From contig CAVSGM010000001.1 of NCBI GenBank assembly GCA_963727485.1, forward strand, positions 1,188,213-1,252,212: a stretch of DNA of 64,000 nt, in the 5' to 3' direction. Origin of the DNA: an uncultured delta proteobacterium. Its GTDB lineage: Bacteria; Myxococcota; Myxococcia; SLRQ01. The notes under the pieces were generated by a model. The model did no database searches. It was given only the letters and a program-made list of their open reading frames with translations, and was not told the DNA's origin. The translations under genes were made by a program, and so were the position numbers. Position 1 is the first letter of the stretch. Each line of letters opens with the position of its first letter. Shown piece after piece: positions 63,558 through 64,000 of this stretch.

Positions 63558-64000
63558 TGTGGGATCCCAAGAGGTCGTTCAGTGACTTGGTGAGTTGTTC
63601 ACCCGGACCCCCCGAGGGAAGTTGGTGAGTGGCAAAACAAACCACTCCCACGAAGGGAAACCGGGTGAACGTCCACAGTCATGGACGAACGACTCCCATC
63701 AGTCGAGGTCTGATCATCCAGCGGGTCCAGCTCGAGGGCTGGACCGTGGGCGACGCTGCCGATGCAGCGGGCGTCAGCGAGCGGACCGCCTACAAGTGGC
63801 TGCGGCGGCATCGGGAAGAAGGCCACTCGGGCCTGCTGGACCGTACCTCGCGGCCGCGTCGGATGCCGCAGCAGCTGGGGGAAGAGTGGCGGCAGCTGGT
63901 GCTGGAGCTCCGGCGCGAGCACCGGATGACCGGCAAGGCGATCGCCCAACGACTACGGCTGGGCAGGTCCACAGTGTCACGGCTCCTGAGGCGCCACCGG
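63558..64000 (+). mobile_element. IS481-family insertion sequence, left end, truncated by window edge
   Basis: Begins TGTGGGATCCCAAGAGGTCGTTCA with a second GAGTTGTTCA repeat; composition shift; transposase follows. Confidence 0.82.
63665..64000 (+). CDS. IS481-family transposase, N-terminal part
   Basis: MNVHSHGRTTPISR...AAGVSERTAYKWLRRHREEG..GLLDRTSRP...IAQRLRLGRSTVSRLLRR. Confidence 0.92.
   Translation, partial: MNVHSHGRTTPISRGLIIQRVQLEGWTVGDAADAAGVSERTAYKWLRRHREEGHSGLLDRTSRPRRMPQQLGEEWRQLVLELRREHRMTGKAIAQRLRLGRSTVSRLLRRHR

Overview
Very GC-rich chromosomal window, most likely from a Myxococcota (myxobacteria-like) bacterium. The inference rests on romR-like and frzS-like genes in their usual neighbourhoods: GGDEF-RR/cheW/cheW/romR/valS, and ald/ECF sigma/anti-sigma/frzS next to nadC-birA-coaX. 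Most of the window is core genes: pstSCAB, rlmD, namZ, nadD, a MacAB-like exporter, a Clp ATPase, udk, valS, nadC, birA, coaX and ald. Two patches have visibly different codon usage. One (about 18.94-20.52 kb) holds gene fragments and a lipoprotein. The other (about 26.3-32.4 kb) holds a roughly 1,580-codon ZU5/beta-propeller/TSP3/HExxH reading frame split by one in-frame TGA, a partner gene, and a poly-C tract in the putative promoter spacer. An IS481-family element begins at the right edge. The most notable observations are: (1) a roughly 1,020-aa hypothetical protein carrying all class III nucleotide-cyclase motifs, split by long helical insertions, with a non-canonical base-selecting residue, and coupled to CAP-domain and glutaredoxin-like exported proteins; (2) the 26-32 kb toxin/partner-like island; (3) nine single-base frameshifts, four in or next to GATC, suggesting a DNA modification imprinted as long-read errors; (4) a 51-aa zinc-ribbon gene missed by the ORF track, behind a sigma54-like promoter. 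No rRNA, tRNA or CRISPR array was recognised. All family calls come from motif recognition by eye, not database searches.
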